Positions 33,929 to 44,066 of a DNA stretch of 64,000 bases are shown piece after piece. Below the pieces are notes generated by a model. It was not told the DNA's origin. It did not search any database and was given only the letters and a program-made list of their open reading frames with translations. Position 1 is the first letter of the stretch, and each line of letters opens with the position of its first letter. This stretch comes from Candidatus Niyogibacteria bacterium (GTDB taxonomy: Bacteria > Patescibacteriota > Minisyncoccia > HO2-45-28): the NCBI GenBank assembly GCA_016181935.1, contig JACOYI010000004.1, forward strand, positions 5,292 through 69,291. Direction: 5' to 3'. A program made the translations under genes and the position numbers.

Positions 33929-34530
33929 ACCGCCAACGTTAACCTTCTCGCATTGGTCAGGCGTCACCCCCTATACATCCTCTTACGAGTTCGCAGGGAG
34001 CTGTGTTTTTGATAAACAGTCGCCAGATTTGCCGAGTTCCTTGGAGAAGTCTCACCCGTTCGCCTTCGTCTTCTCGACGAGTCCACCTGTGTCGGTTTCC
34101 GGTACGGTTTCCGCATCGCGAGCCCTTAGAAGCTTTTCTTGGAAACGCGCTTTGCCCTATCCCCCGCCAAAGGCGGGGTTTCTCAAAAACTTGGATCCGC
34201 CTTGCGGCCGCTCGCCGGATTTTCCTAGCGAGCATCCTTATTTTTGAAACACAAATCCAATAACATGCAGGGCATACTGCATTCCGTCCCTTCGTCGGAA
34301 CGATACGGAAGTTGCCGAATATTAACGGCATGTCCATCAGCTGCGGCTTTCGCCATTGCCTTAGGACCGACTAACCCTTGGCTGATCATCGTTGCCAAGG
34401 AAACCTTGGACTTTCGGCGGTTTGGGATCTCACCAAACTTGTGGTTACTTGTGCCAACATTCTCACTTCCCAGCGCTCCATCCACGTCTCACGACGGGAC
34501 TTCATCGCCCTGGGAACGCTCTCCTACCAC

Positions 34531-34610
34531 TCTAGAAGCTAGAGGCTAGATACTGGATTGCTAGAAATTTCCAGCTTTCCAGCTTCCAGCGTCTAGCTTC
34601 CAAAGTTCTA
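34531..34610. repeat. IVS-like hairpin insertion in 23S, copy R2
   Basis: tctagaagctagaggctagatactggattgctagaaatttccagctttccagcttccagcgtctagcttccaaag. Confidence 0.7.
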
Positions 34611-34672
34611 ATCTTCGGTACTGTGCTTAGCCCCGATTATCTTCGGCGCGAAATCTCTAAACGAGTGAGCTG

Positions 34673-34715
<43 letters not shown>

Positions 34716-35113
34716 CGCTATCAGAGAAATCTCACCACCTTACTTGCACTTAGCACAGATTTAGGGACCTTAAATGTAGATGCGGGCTGTTTCCCTTTCG
34801 ACCGGTGGAGCTTAGCCCCCACGGTCTAACTGCCTCGATACCCCTCCGGTATTCGGAGTTTGGTAGGCATGACGAGATTGCTCCCTTTTCACGCCTTCCA
34901 GTAGCTCTACCCCCGGAAGTACTTCGAGACGCCAGCCCAAAAGCTGTTTCGGAGAGAACCAGCTATTACCAAATTCGATTAGCTTTTCACTCCTTGCCAC
35001 AACTCATCCGATAGTATTGCACGGCTAACCAGTTCGGGCCTCCCCCCGCATTTCTGCGGGGTTCACCCTGGTCATGGCAAGCTCATCTGGTTTCGGGTCT
35101 TACACGCACCACT

Positions 35114-35192
35114 TTCTAGAATCCGGAAGCTAGAAGCTGGAAACTGGAAAATTCCGGCCTCCAGCCTCTAGCTGTCTGGAAAATCTAGAGTA
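35114..35192. repeat. IVS-like hairpin insertion in 23S, copy R3
   Basis: ttctagaatccggaagctagaagctggaaactggaaaattccggcctccagcctctagctgtctggaaaatctagag; flanked by GGGAAACCGAGTG and GACCCGAAACC conserved blocks. Confidence 0.7.
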
Positions 35193-35296
35193 CGCGCTAT
35201 TCACACTCGGTTTCCCTTTGGATGCGTCCTGACGGACTTATCCGAGCGGTGCATATAAACTCGTTGGCTCATTCTTCAATAGGCACCCCGTCACAC

Positions 35297-35376
35297 CCTG
35301 GAGACTGGAAACTGGATTACCGGAAGCTGGAAATTTTCCAGCTTCCAGAGTTTCTAGTCTCTAGTCTCCAGAGTGC
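35297..35376. repeat. IVS-like hairpin insertion in 23S, copy R4
   Basis: cctggagactggaaactggattaccggaagctggaaattttccagcttccagagtttctagtctctagtctccagag; contains perfect 12-bp stem GGAAGCTGGAAA/TTTCCAGCTTCC. Confidence 0.7.
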
Positions 35377-36211
35377 TCCGAGTCCTTGTAAGCGCACGGT
35401 TTCAGGTACTATTTCATCGCCCTCTCGGGCTGCTTTTCACCTTTCCCTCACGGTACTGGTTCACTATCGATCTTGGAGAATATTTAGCCTTGGGAGTCAG
35501 TCCTCCCGAATTCCCCCGACGATTTCGTTTGTCGAGGTACTCACGTAACGATCCCGAGAGCGTAAGGCCGTTTTCGGTTACAGGGCTATTACCTGCTCTC
35601 TCCTTTGAGATTGCTCTCAAAACGGACCGCACGTATAACCTCCTGCACCTTGAAAACAAGGTGCAGGATTTGGGCTCTTCCCGTTTCGCTCGCCGCTACT
35701 TAGGGAATGAGCGAAATAATTCTTAAAGAGCGTAACTATCCGCCCTCAAAGAATGATTTCGCGAATTGTTTCTTTTCCTCCGCTTACTGAGATGTTTCAC
35801 TTCAGCGGGTTGGCAGCCCTGTCATACGACAGGGCTTTTTCGGTTTTACCGAAAAAGGTTTCCCCATTCGGACATCCCCGGATCAAAGGTTGCTAGACAC
35901 CTCCCCGAGGCGTATCGCCGTCACGCCGCGTCCTTCATCGCTTCTCCAAGTCAAGGCATCCACCGTGCGCTCTTATGTCTTATCCCGATGTTTCAACGTC
36001 TTAATCCTTCGACTGCGCTCAGGATTATCCTGAGTATGGCCGAAGGATAACTTTTTACCTGCTCTATGAAATTTTCAAAGTTCTCATCGCACTATGACCA
36101 ATCAAAAACCATCCGCCAGTCGGCGGACGGTTTGAAGAACAAACCTAAATCGTCTCTCCGCCGTTTCGCATATGACTGATGTGATTGGTTATCATATTTC
36201 GATGTAATTCG

Positions 36212-36240
36212 AGTATAGGCGATTCCCATCCTTGCGTCAA
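36212..36240 (-). promoter_or_regulatory. rRNA operon promoter TTGACG-N17-TATACT
   Basis: Minus strand gggcTTGACGcaaggatgggaatcgccTATACTcgaa about 200 nt upstream of 23S 5' end. Confidence 0.55.
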
Positions 36241-36308
36241 GCCCCAAAACGATGCGCTGTGAATAAGGTGGGGGGAACCCCCTCGCCCTTCGGACGGGCA
36301 AGAATAGA

Positions 36309-36338
36309 AAAACCCCTGATTTTCAGGGGTTTTTCGAA
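36309..36338. terminator. bidirectional rho-independent terminator
   Basis: AAAAACCCCTGATTTTCAGGGGTTTTTCG: A-run/hairpin/T-run symmetric. Confidence 0.7.
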
Positions 36339-36360
36339 AGCCGGACTAATTTCAAAACTC

Positions 36361-36389
36361 TTGACTTTCTATAGACAGCTTGTTAAAAT
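36361..36389 (+). promoter_or_regulatory. promoter TTGACT-N17-TAAAAT for membrane protein gene
   Basis: Direct reading; AAGGAG SD before ATG 36453. Confidence 0.5.
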
Positions 36390-36452
36390 AATCAACGTAG
36401 TTTGGGTCGTTGGCTCTTTGATTTGCAGTTAATCAGCGCATAAGGAGAAACC

Positions 36453-37460
36453 ATGCGTGCTTCGATCGCTACGGTTTTGCTCGGCGTCGCCCTCCTGCTG
36501 TTTCCGTTTCTGGCAAAAGCCGCGGAAACGGCGGTAAGCTGTCCGGAACTCACCGGACTTCAAGTGGCAGCGGGATTCATTACGTGGATGAACATTCTTC
36601 GCGTTCTCGCGATCGGCGTGGGGGTTGTGTGTCTCGGCTATCTGCTCTTCCGATGGTTCGGCTGGCTTCTCGAGATTTTCCTCTACATTCCCAAAGAAGT
36701 GTACGAGGGCGTCGGGTACGCGCTGAGCGTCGGCCTTATCATTTCAGGATACTGGCTTTCGGAAACGAATATGCTGTGGCCGGTACTCACGGGGTGTCTC
36801 CTTTTCGGAGCCATGCTCATCATCACAGGCGCGCTTCATAAGTTGGCGCCGAACTGGGAGCATTTCTTTGGCATTTTGTTTCTGGTATGGAGCGCAGTTG
36901 CGCTTTTTTACCAGAGTGCGCCCGTGGGTTTCATTGCGGTCGCAGCACTCATGGGGTTGGTCGGCTTTTCCGCGGCGGTGATTCCATGCGGTTACGCAAT
37001 CGGTTTTCGCGATGAAGATGCCGTGAGCCGGGCGACCACAACGGCATTCATCGTTCTGACGGGATTTGTTTTTCTGCGCGTGGTCGGGCAATCTCTTCCC
37101 TACATTCATGTGTTCGAGCAAGGAGCGCTCTGGCTCGGCAGCTTTGTCGGCTATGTCGGCCTCCTGATCGCTTCGAGCAGATGGTATGCGAAGCGGGCGA
37201 TTTATCCCGCGATGCAGTTGATCACTATACTACTCGGGATGGCGGCGATCGGCGCAGGTTCAGTGTTTGGGATTCCGCAACTTCTCGGGATCGGCGGTAC
37301 GTTTTTCGTGCTATATCTGATCGAGAAGCCGTTCGAAATCCCTGTTGAGAGCGCAGTCGGCTACGCCACTATCGGCCTTTTTGTTTCTTCCTGCGTCGGC
37401 GGGGGCGTGTGGTGGGCTCAAAATCACATGGATCTCGTGCGACCCTATCTTTTGTTTTAA
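36453..37460 (+). CDS. hypothetical polytopic membrane protein
   Basis: 335 aa, about 9 TM helices, signal-like N-terminus. Confidence 0.55.
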   Translation: MRASIATVLLGVALLLFPFLAKAAETAVSCPELTGLQVAAGFITWMNILRVLAIGVGVVCLGYLLFRWFGWLLEIFLYIPKEVYEGVGYALSVGLIISGYWLSETNMLWPVLTGCLLFGAMLIITGALHKLAPNWEHFFGILFLVWSAVALFYQSAPVGFIAVAALMGLVGFSAAVIPCGYAIGFRDEDAVSRATTTAFIVLTGFVFLRVVGQSLPYIHVFEQGALWLGSFVGYVGLLIASSRWYAKRAIYPAMQLITILLGMAAIGAGSVFGIPQLLGIGGTFFVLYLIEKPFEIPVESAVGYATIGLFVSSCVGGGVWWAQNHMDLVRPYLLF

Positions 37461-37587
37461 CAGTTGCAGCGGCGAATAGTGAACGAAAAAGGAAAAATCC
37501 GGTTGGATTGAGACCGAGGCAAAACGCGATCCCCGACACACGAAGTGTGTCGGGGATTTTTCATTCAGAAAAATTTCGCGCGGAGTT

Positions 37588-38277
37588 CTACCGGTTGTCC
37601 ATGATATCGTTCCGCAGACGTGCGATGAATTTCTCCGCCGCGTCTTTGCCCCCCAGACCGAACGACAAACCAATGGCAAGCGAGATCGCGGCAACCGCTC
37701 CGGTAAAGAGTGTTTGCACCAATGGCCCCGCAATGCCCAGCTGGAAGAGCGCGGCCAAAATCGCAAAGATCCAGATCGCCCATTTCGAGACACCGCCCAA
37801 AAACCCGGCGGACGGCAAATGCGCCGCGCGGGCCGAACCCGTCACGACGCGTTGGGTGATATCCGCAAGGACCGCCGACGCGACCAAAATGATCGCGGCA
37901 ACAATGACTTTCGGAAGGTACACCAATACGACGTCCGACAAAAAGATATTCACCTGCGTCAAACCGAGCACATCAACGGCGGCAACCAGAAATACGATGA
38001 TGACGAACCATTTTACGAGCGCGCCGATGAATGCGCCGGAATCCAACTGCCATCCTGCGCGCGACAACGGTTCTTCGAAGCCGATGCTTTGAAGCGCGCG
38101 GTCCACTTTCAGGGCGTGGAAAATTTGCGCGACAACCCGGTCAAGCGCCATGGCGATCACCCAGCCGACGACAAAAATAATGAGCGCAACGACAAGCTGT
38201 GGGATGAATCCGATAACGCCCGCCCATAACTGTTGGAAAGACGCCACCAGAACATCTCCCCACGTTTGTAACAACAT
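37588..38277 (-). CDS. mechanosensitive-channel-related protein (conserved TM-helix repeat family)
   Basis: 229 aa; repeated VVALIIFVVGWVIA / VKWFVIIVFLVAAVDVLG / IWIFAILAALFQLGI helices resembling the MscS-associated TM_helix repeat. Confidence 0.45.
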   Translation of the reverse strand: MLLQTWGDVLVASFQQLWAGVIGFIPQLVVALIIFVVGWVIAMALDRVVAQIFHALKVDRALQSIGFEEPLSRAGWQLDSGAFIGALVKWFVIIVFLVAAVDVLGLTQVNIFLSDVVLVYLPKVIVAAIILVASAVLADITQRVVTGSARAAHLPSAGFLGGVSKWAIWIFAILAALFQLGIAGPLVQTLFTGAVAAISLAIGLSFGLGGKDAAEKFIARLRNDIMDNR

Positions 38278-38460
38278 AATGCGTTAAATGTTAGATATTA
38301 ATTCTTATAAAGCAGAGATAGGGGGCATGCGGATTTATTCGACCGTTCCGCAGCCATTCTATCCCGTTTTAAATAAATAGCCCAAAAGGTGCATCGCTTA
38401 CTATTATATCATATTCCCGCTCTTAACTCACCGGCCTTCCTGTGGATGTGGATAAGTGCA

Positions 38461-38488
38461 AAGAAAAACTGCGCCCGAAGGCGCAGAT
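38461..38488 (-). terminator. rho-independent terminator
   Basis: Minus strand CTGCGCC-TTCG-GGCGCAG + TTTTTCTTTG. Confidence 0.6.
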
Positions 38489-38503
38489 GTCTGTGAAAAC
38501 TAC

Positions 38504-38970
38504 TTACGAAATCAGAGAGGAAATGAACCACGAAATGGCGAAACCGAACACGCTCCAGATCGCGGTCGCGATTCCGGCGATCACCAGAAGCGCCGCGAGG
38601 CGCCGCGAAGCATAAAACATCATGTGCGGCCCTTCTTCGTCATGCATATATTTGTAACTCAGCATACCGATGCCGAAAATCCACGACCACGGTTTCCCGT
38701 CCAGATCGTTGGCGTCCTGTACCGATTCGCTGTCCATCGTCGTGTAATACCGATGTCCGCTGGTTTCGTCTTCCCAGCGCAGACGGGCAAATAGACACCC
38801 CCGTCGAGCGCCGGGAAAAACCGATCGCGAAACCATGAGTACCGACTAGCTCCTGCCGGAATCTTCCAGTCGATCCGATACGGATGCTCGAACCCCGATG
38901 CCCAGACAACGAAAGAAAGCATCCATGCGAGCACAAGGCCGAAGAAGTACACACTCCAAAATATCACCAT
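38504..38970 (-). CDS. small membrane protein(s); two overlapping ORFs in different frames (possible frameshift)
   Basis: ORF 38659..38970 (N-terminal TM) and ORF 38504..38836 (C-terminal TM) overlap by 178 nt in different frames. Confidence 0.3.
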
Positions 38971-39058
38971 GCGGCACCTCCTTACGATTGGCTGTGGCGT
39001 GAAGAACCGTCAATGAACCTGACACGAGGATAAACTATAAAAATCAACCCGTCAAGGG

Positions 39059-39132
39059 TGCGCGCGCCTGGACTCGAACCAGGGGCCTTACGGATGTGAA
39101 CCGTACGCTCTAACCAACTGAGCTACGCGCGC
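39059..39132 (-). tRNA. tRNA-Val (anticodon CAC)
   Basis: Acceptor GCGCGCG/CGCGCGC, D-arm GCTCAGTTGGTTAGAGC, anticodon stem TACGG/CCGTA loop TTCACAT, T-loop TTCGAGT. Confidence 0.85.
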
Positions 39133-39154
39133 ATGCGCTCCTTTTAGTTTAGCG

Positions 39155-39769
39155 CTATGCTTTTTTCGACTCCATGCGATTCACCAGCGTTTCGTGCGGC
39201 GTCGCGAGAATGTCGCGCAAAAACCGATCGGACATTTTTATGCGATACTCGTATTCTTCAGACGTAAAATACACATAATTCACCGCGCGGCCGAAATCGG
39301 CCTCAATGGAACGCACTACCCGCTCAAGAGGCGTCCGCCGGATACCATCGCCTACCAGCAAAATATCCGTGCGCGCATTGTCCTGATCCAAAAATACGCC
39401 GGACAGCACCGCGAGTTTCAGCCGGCCGCCGAATGCCGCATCGAAACGTTTCAGAAGCGCCGTATTGGAGAGCGGAGCCTCTTTCATCAAAAGCGCGCGC
39501 AACGGCCGCAGCAATTCGAAATCGGAATTGAGCGCCCATCGTTTTGACGCGCTCTGGACTCCGACGCGCGCCTTGGTTCCTTTCCCTGCCGTCTGCAAAA
39601 ATCCGATCCTTGCAAGCACGCGGATCTCCTTCTCGACCGCCGTGCGGTCGCTCGCCGAACGTTCCGCCGCCTCTTCACTACCCAGCAGTTCCTGCGGATT
39701 ATGCAGGAACAACCGCATGACTTTTATCCGCGTATCGGAAAAAAGTTCAGAAAGGATATCGGCGGCCAT
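39155..39769 (-). CDS. hypothetical protein
   Basis: 204 aa soluble, no recognisable signature. Confidence 0.5.
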   Translation of the reverse strand: MAADILSELFSDTRIKVMRLFLHNPQELLGSEEAAERSASDRTAVEKEIRVLARIGFLQTAGKGTKARVGVQSASKRWALNSDFELLRPLRALLMKEAPLSNTALLKRFDAAFGGRLKLAVLSGVFLDQDNARTDILLVGDGIRRTPLERVVRSIEADFGRAVNYVYFTSEEYEYRIKMSDRFLRDILATPHETLVNRMESKKA

Positions 39770-39780
39770 GAATGCGGTGA

Positions 39781-40185
39781 TTATTTAAGCCCGACTTCCG
39801 CGCCTGCGGCTTCCAATTTTTTCTTAAGCTCTTCGGCTTCCTCTTTCTTGAGATTCTCTTTCACCGCTTTTGGCGCGGCATCCGCCAGATCTTTGGCCTC
39901 TTTCAATCCCAGACCCAACGCCTCCCGAAGCGCTTTGATGACCTGAATTTTTTGCGGGCCCGCGCTCTTCAGTTCCACGGTATACGCGGTTTTTTCTTCC
40001 GCCGCACTTGTATCCCCTCCTGCTTGCGGCGCCGCGGGCATCGCCATCGCCTGAGCCGATACGCCGAACTTTTCCTCAAAAACCTTCACCAATTCCGAAA
40101 GATCAAGAACGCTCATTGTGGAGATCGCGTCCACGATATCTTTGAACTTCGCGGGAACCTCAACATTCTTGGTATCGTCTGCCAT
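39781..40185 (-). CDS. rplL: 50S ribosomal protein L7/L12
   Basis: 134 aa; Ala/Glu-rich hinge; C-terminal domain ...[51 protein letters not shown]. Confidence 0.95.
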   Translation of the reverse strand: MADDTKNVEVPAKFKDIVDAISTMSVLDLSELVKVFEEKFGVSAQAMAMPAAPQAGGDTSAAEEKTAYTVELKSAGPQKIQVIKALREALGLGLKEAKDLADAAPKAVKENLKKEEAEELKKKLEAAGAEVGLK

Positions 40186-40277
40186 AGTATTAGTTTTGCT
40201 TTTTACTTATATTTGCGAGCGAGCCCGCAGGCGAAAGCTTGCTTTCATCTGGGGCGAGCGACGCAAATAAAGAAATG

Positions 40278-40868
40278 TTATTCCGTAACATTTCTTATTT
40301 GATTAATAACACCGACCAGGGATCGCGCGGGTCCCGAAAGGACGCGGACAAATCCGGTCATCGGAAACGCGAGCATGCCGGCCAATTGCGCAAGCAATAC
40401 TTCTCGGGGCGGAATGTCCGCGAATTGCTTCATCGCTTGCGCAAGCATATACTGCCCCGACACGATGCCGCCGACGATTTTCAAATTGTCATTCTTCTTC
40501 GCAAAATCTTTAATGGCCTTTGCCGCATCGGAGGCCTCTTCGTAGCCGAACGCTACCGCGATCTCGCCCTCAAGTCGGGGAAGCTCGCCCACAGTTCCAA
40601 ACGCGGAGAGCACCCGTTTCAAAAGCGTTTTTTTGATGATCGTGATGTCCGCGCCGAGTTTACGGAGCGCCACGCGAAGCTTGTTCATGTCCTGCGTTTT
40701 CACGCCGTGAAAATTCAAAAACACCGTGACTTTTGCCCGTTCGGCTTTTTCGTGTGCATCGCGGATGATGTCTTCTTTGAGCGCTCGCGTGGTCGGCATA
40801 TGGTTTAAAAAAATTGCGGCTTCGCGCCGCATGAGTATCCACCCCTTTTCGGGATCGAATGCCTCCAT
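40278..40868 (-). CDS. rplJ: 50S ribosomal protein L10
   Basis: 196 aa L10 fold; immediately upstream of rplL. Confidence 0.9.
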   Translation of the reverse strand: MEAFDPEKGWILMRREAAIFLNHMPTTRALKEDIIRDAHEKAERAKVTVFLNFHGVKTQDMNKLRVALRKLGADITIIKKTLLKRVLSAFGTVGELPRLEGEIAVAFGYEEASDAAKAIKDFAKKNDNLKIVGGIVSGQYMLAQAMKQFADIPPREVLLAQLAGMLAFPMTGFVRVLSGPARSLVGVINQIRNVTE

Positions 40869-40936
40869 AGGACTTACCGTATCCGTGCCTATGTTCTACG
40901 GCTACAAAAGCATCTTATGCAAAATATATTTGGATG

Positions 40937-41476
40937 TCAAGTTCGCGCGGTAAAAAACACCCCGCATGCACATGAAGTGCGCGGGGTTTGACTGGACCGT
41001 GCCGAGGGCGCGGCTAGTAGGTGAACTGGGAGAACCAGCCGGCGCGCTTCGGCGACCGGGGCCGGAGCGGCCGCGGGAGCTGCCGACGCGACCGGAGCGC
41101 TCGCACCATTGAGCAGGGCGAGCTCTTTGACCGCCTGCTCGAGTTCGTGGCGCCGCGCTTCCTTGGCGGAGGTCTGGTGTGTCTTGATGGCGCCCGTGAC
41201 TTCCGCTTCGAGTTCGCGGTTCGCTTCTTCCACGACGGCCGAGTAGTGCTTCTCGAGGCCACCGAGCTGCATTCTCAGCATGTGCCGCTGGCGCTTCACC
41301 CAGCCCGGACGGTGGATCTCGCCCGCGCCGAACGCCGTGCTCATGCTGCAGGCCGTGAACGGGACCCGCTTGCCGTTTTCCCGCCGCGCCGCGAGCTTCT
41401 GGATCGTGCGGTCGATCAACATCTTGAGACCCTGCTCGTAGGTCGGACGCAGGTCGATGGTCGCTGTGTGTTCCAT
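40937..41476 (-). CDS. hypothetical protein on a GC-rich (~66%) island
   Basis: 179 aa; Ala/Pro-rich tail; upstream TTGACA-N17-TAAGAA and GGGGA SD; C-terminal codons overlap terminator hairpin 40951-40988. Confidence 0.4.
   Translation of the reverse strand: MEHTATIDLRPTYEQGLKMLIDRTIQKLAARRENGKRVPFTACSMSTAFGAGEIHRPGWVKRQRHMLRMQLGGLEKHYSAVVEEANRELEAEVTGAIKTHQTSAKEARRHELEQAVKELALLNGASAPVASAAPAAAPAPVAEARRLVLPVHLLAAPSARSSQTPRTSCACGVFFTART
40951..40988 (-). terminator. rho-independent terminator
   Basis: Minus strand CAAACCCCGCGCACTTCATGTGCATGCGGGGTG + TTTTTT. Confidence 0.55.
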
Positions 41477-41702
41477 GGCTTTCCCCTTTCAAAAAGAGGG
41501 AGGTTAAAGAACGCGCGCGTTCGAAGCAACATTGCTTTTTACGCACCTTTTTCTTACCAAAAGGATGGCTGTATGTCAATCCCCCAATACCGTTTCCATA
41601 TTATTGACAAAAAATAGAAATATGGCGTGTGTCTGCGTGGACAGCAAGCCCCGCCTGTAGTACGCTCGAATCAAATTGCTGTTTAAAATTTAGAAAGGGT
41701 TC

Positions 41703-42863
41703 ATGGACGGATTGCGAACATGGATCGAGATCGATACGGATGCGCTCCGGCATAATTATCGAGCATTCAAAAAATATGTCGGCGGGCATTGCCGCGTGAT
41801 GGCGGTCGTCAAATCGAACGCGTACGGCCACGGTCTCATGGAAACCGCGGAGACGCTTCAAGATGCGGGGGCGGATTGTTTCGCGGTGGATTCCATTGTG
41901 GAAGCGCTCGCGCTTCGCAAGCGCGGCATCATGAGCGACATTTTGGTCCTCGGCCATACGCTAAAAGGACGATTCGCGGACGCCGCCTCCAACAGCATTG
42001 CGCTCACGATCGCCGGAATGGCGGATCTGAAAAATCTTCGCGAATCGCAACTCACCATGCTCCCTAAAATCATTCCATTGTACATCCACATCAAAATCGA
42101 TACGGGAATGCATCGTCAAGGATTTTCCCCTTCCGAACTTCCGCAAGTATTCGAGGCGCTCACCGTCCTTAGGGACAGTGGCACTATCTTATTGGACGGG
42201 CTGTACACGCATTTGGCGGCGGCCGGCGATCCCAAATTTTCCGAAGAAACGCGCGCACAGATCATGCTCTTTTCGGATATCGCGGATGGGATGCCGGAAA
42301 ACAAATTGTGGCCTGAGCATGTTCATGCCGCAGCCACGGCCGGCGCACTCGCCCATCCCGAAGCGCATTTCGATATGGTCCGCATCGGTATCGGGCTCTA
42401 CGGATATTGGCCAAGTCGTACGCCCGTCGTCGTTTTTCCGAACAGCGTTTTGAAGCCCGTTCTTTCATGGAAAACGATCGTCACGGATATCAAAAATTTT
42501 CCGAAAAACGAACGCATCGGCTATGGATTCAGCGAAAAACTGACCCGCAATTCGAGGGTCGCTCTTTTGCCGGTCGGTTATTGGCACGGCTATCGCGGCG
42601 CGCTTTCGCGCAAAGCGCATGTCTTGATCCGCGGAAAACGCGCAAAAGTTCTTGGACTGGTCTCGATGGACATGATGAGCGTGGATGTAACGGATATTCC
42701 GGAAGCAGAACCGGAGGATATCGCGACGCTCATCGGAGCGGACGGGAGCGAATTCGTCTCGGCGCACGAACTTGCGCATTGCGCCCGAACCTCGGTCTAT
42801 GAGATCCTCACCTGCATCAATCCGCGCATCCGGCGGATTCTCGTAAGCGCCAGCCAGAGCTAA
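41703..42863 (+). CDS. alr: alanine racemase
   Basis: 386 aa; PLP-lysine motif AVVKSNAYGHG. Confidence 0.9.
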   Translation: MDGLRTWIEIDTDALRHNYRAFKKYVGGHCRVMAVVKSNAYGHGLMETAETLQDAGADCFAVDSIVEALALRKRGIMSDILVLGHTLKGRFADAASNSIALTIAGMADLKNLRESQLTMLPKIIPLYIHIKIDTGMHRQGFSPSELPQVFEALTVLRDSGTILLDGLYTHLAAAGDPKFSEETRAQIMLFSDIADGMPENKLWPEHVHAAATAGALAHPEAHFDMVRIGIGLYGYWPSRTPVVVFPNSVLKPVLSWKTIVTDIKNFPKNERIGYGFSEKLTRNSRVALLPVGYWHGYRGALSRKAHVLIRGKRAKVLGLVSMDMMSVDVTDIPEAEPEDIATLIGADGSEFVSAHELAHCARTSVYEILTCINPRIRRILVSASQS

Positions 42864-42902
42864 GCTCTGGCTTTTTTGTTGACGAATGCAAAAATTCTAT
42901 CG

Positions 42903-43547
42903 CTAGACGGGCGCGCCGGGACAGAGGTCGCGGAGATGGATCTTCGCGTTTTCGCGGTTCGCTTTGTTTTTCATTGCGCGATTGTAGTTGATGATGCGAT
43001 AGGTCAGCCGGAACCATTCTTTTTTCGGAAACAACGCCATCAAGTCGCGCTCGATTTTTACGGGGTCGCTGTACGCCGACAAGTTGCAGTAATTGGCGAA
43101 TTGCCGGACATGCGTATCCACCGCGATTCCTTCCACCACACCGTACGCATTGCCGAGAACGATGTTCGCGGTCTTACGCGCGACGCCGCGGAGTTTTGTC
43201 ATTTCCTCCATCGTTTTGGGCAACCGGCCGCCAAATTTTTCAACCAGCATTTTTGCCGAGGCGATAATGCTCTTTGCCTTGGCATGGTAAAATCCGGTGG
43301 ATTTTATTTCTTTCTCAAATGTTTTCGGATTCGCCTCCGCAAAATTCTTCGCGGTTTTATATTTTTTGAAAAGCTCGCGCGTCACTTCGTTCACTTTTTT
43401 ATCCGTGCACTGCGCGGACAGGATGACCGCGACGAGTAATTGAATGGGATTGCCATACGTGAGCGCGATCTTCGCATCGGGGTATGCTTTTGAGAGCCGC
43501 TTTAAAATCGCGCCCGCGCGTTTCTTTTTTGCCGATTCATTTTCCAT
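42903..43547 (-). CDS. HhH-GPD superfamily DNA glycosylase (endonuclease III-like, no Fe-S cysteines)
   Basis: About 214 aa; HhH-GPD motif LRGVARKTANIVLGNAYG ... D; lacks C-terminal 4Cys cluster. Confidence 0.7.
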   Translation of the reverse strand: MENESAKKKRAGAILKRLSKAYPDAKIALTYGNPIQLLVAVILSAQCTDKKVNEVTRELFKKYKTAKNFAEANPKTFEKEIKSTGFYHAKAKSIIASAKMLVEKFGGRLPKTMEEMTKLRGVARKTANIVLGNAYGVVEGIAVDTHVRQFANYCNLSAYSDPVKIERDLMALFPKKEWFRLTYRIINYNRAMKNKANRENAKIHLRDLCPGAPV

Positions 43548-43586
43548 AGCGGCATCATAACAAAAAAACACCCCTCCGAAGAGGGG

Positions 43587-43961
43587 CTACGAAACAATAA
43601 CAGCTTCCCACGAGAATCGTTTCCCGCCTCGCCGAAGAGGCATGGGCATGGATTCCGGTCGCGCGTATGCGCGTTCTCCATCGTCGGCCAGTATGACCAG
43701 AAGGATCTTCACGCGTTCGGGATGGGCGCGGGCTTTCTGCACAAGATACACCAAAAAGTTCGCATCGCGCACCATGCTCTCAAGCGCATGCATACGCTGA
43801 TGTTCGAGTATATGCACATCGCCTTCGGTGAGCCGGATCTTCAGTCGCTTTTCGGCGTCGCCGATCCACTCGACCCCGATGCCCAGCTTTTCGAATATAT
43901 AGATAAGGTCATCCACCTTCCCGTGGTAGACGAACTTCCTTCTCTCTATTCGGGGCCTCAT
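43587..43961 (-). CDS. hypothetical protein
   Basis: 124 aa, no signature. Confidence 0.4.
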   Translation of the reverse strand: MRPRIERRKFVYHGKVDDLIYIFEKLGIGVEWIGDAEKRLKIRLTEGDVHILEHQRMHALESMVRDANFLVYLVQKARAHPERVKILLVILADDGERAYARPESMPMPLRRGGKRFSWEAVIVS

Positions 43962-44066
43962 GCTCCTCCGTGGCTCGATTTACTGGAAAAGAACATTTTA
44001 ATTATAGCATACCTGCAGAAAAAATCAAGAGCTAACAAAAAACCGCCGGCTCGAAGCCGACGGCGA

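Noticed and set aside
36060-36450. Expected a 16S rRNA gene upstream of 23S
   Set aside because: The region upstream of 23S holds only the rRNA promoter, a bidirectional terminator and the promoter of a membrane-protein gene. 16S must be encoded elsewhere.
40902-41617. Alternative ORFs on the GC-rich island (40902..41579 -, 41021..41617 +)
   Set aside because: Extremely Arg/Gly/Pro-rich, as expected from out-of-frame translation of about 66% GC DNA. Only the 40937..41476 frame gives a protein-like sequence with promoter and SD.
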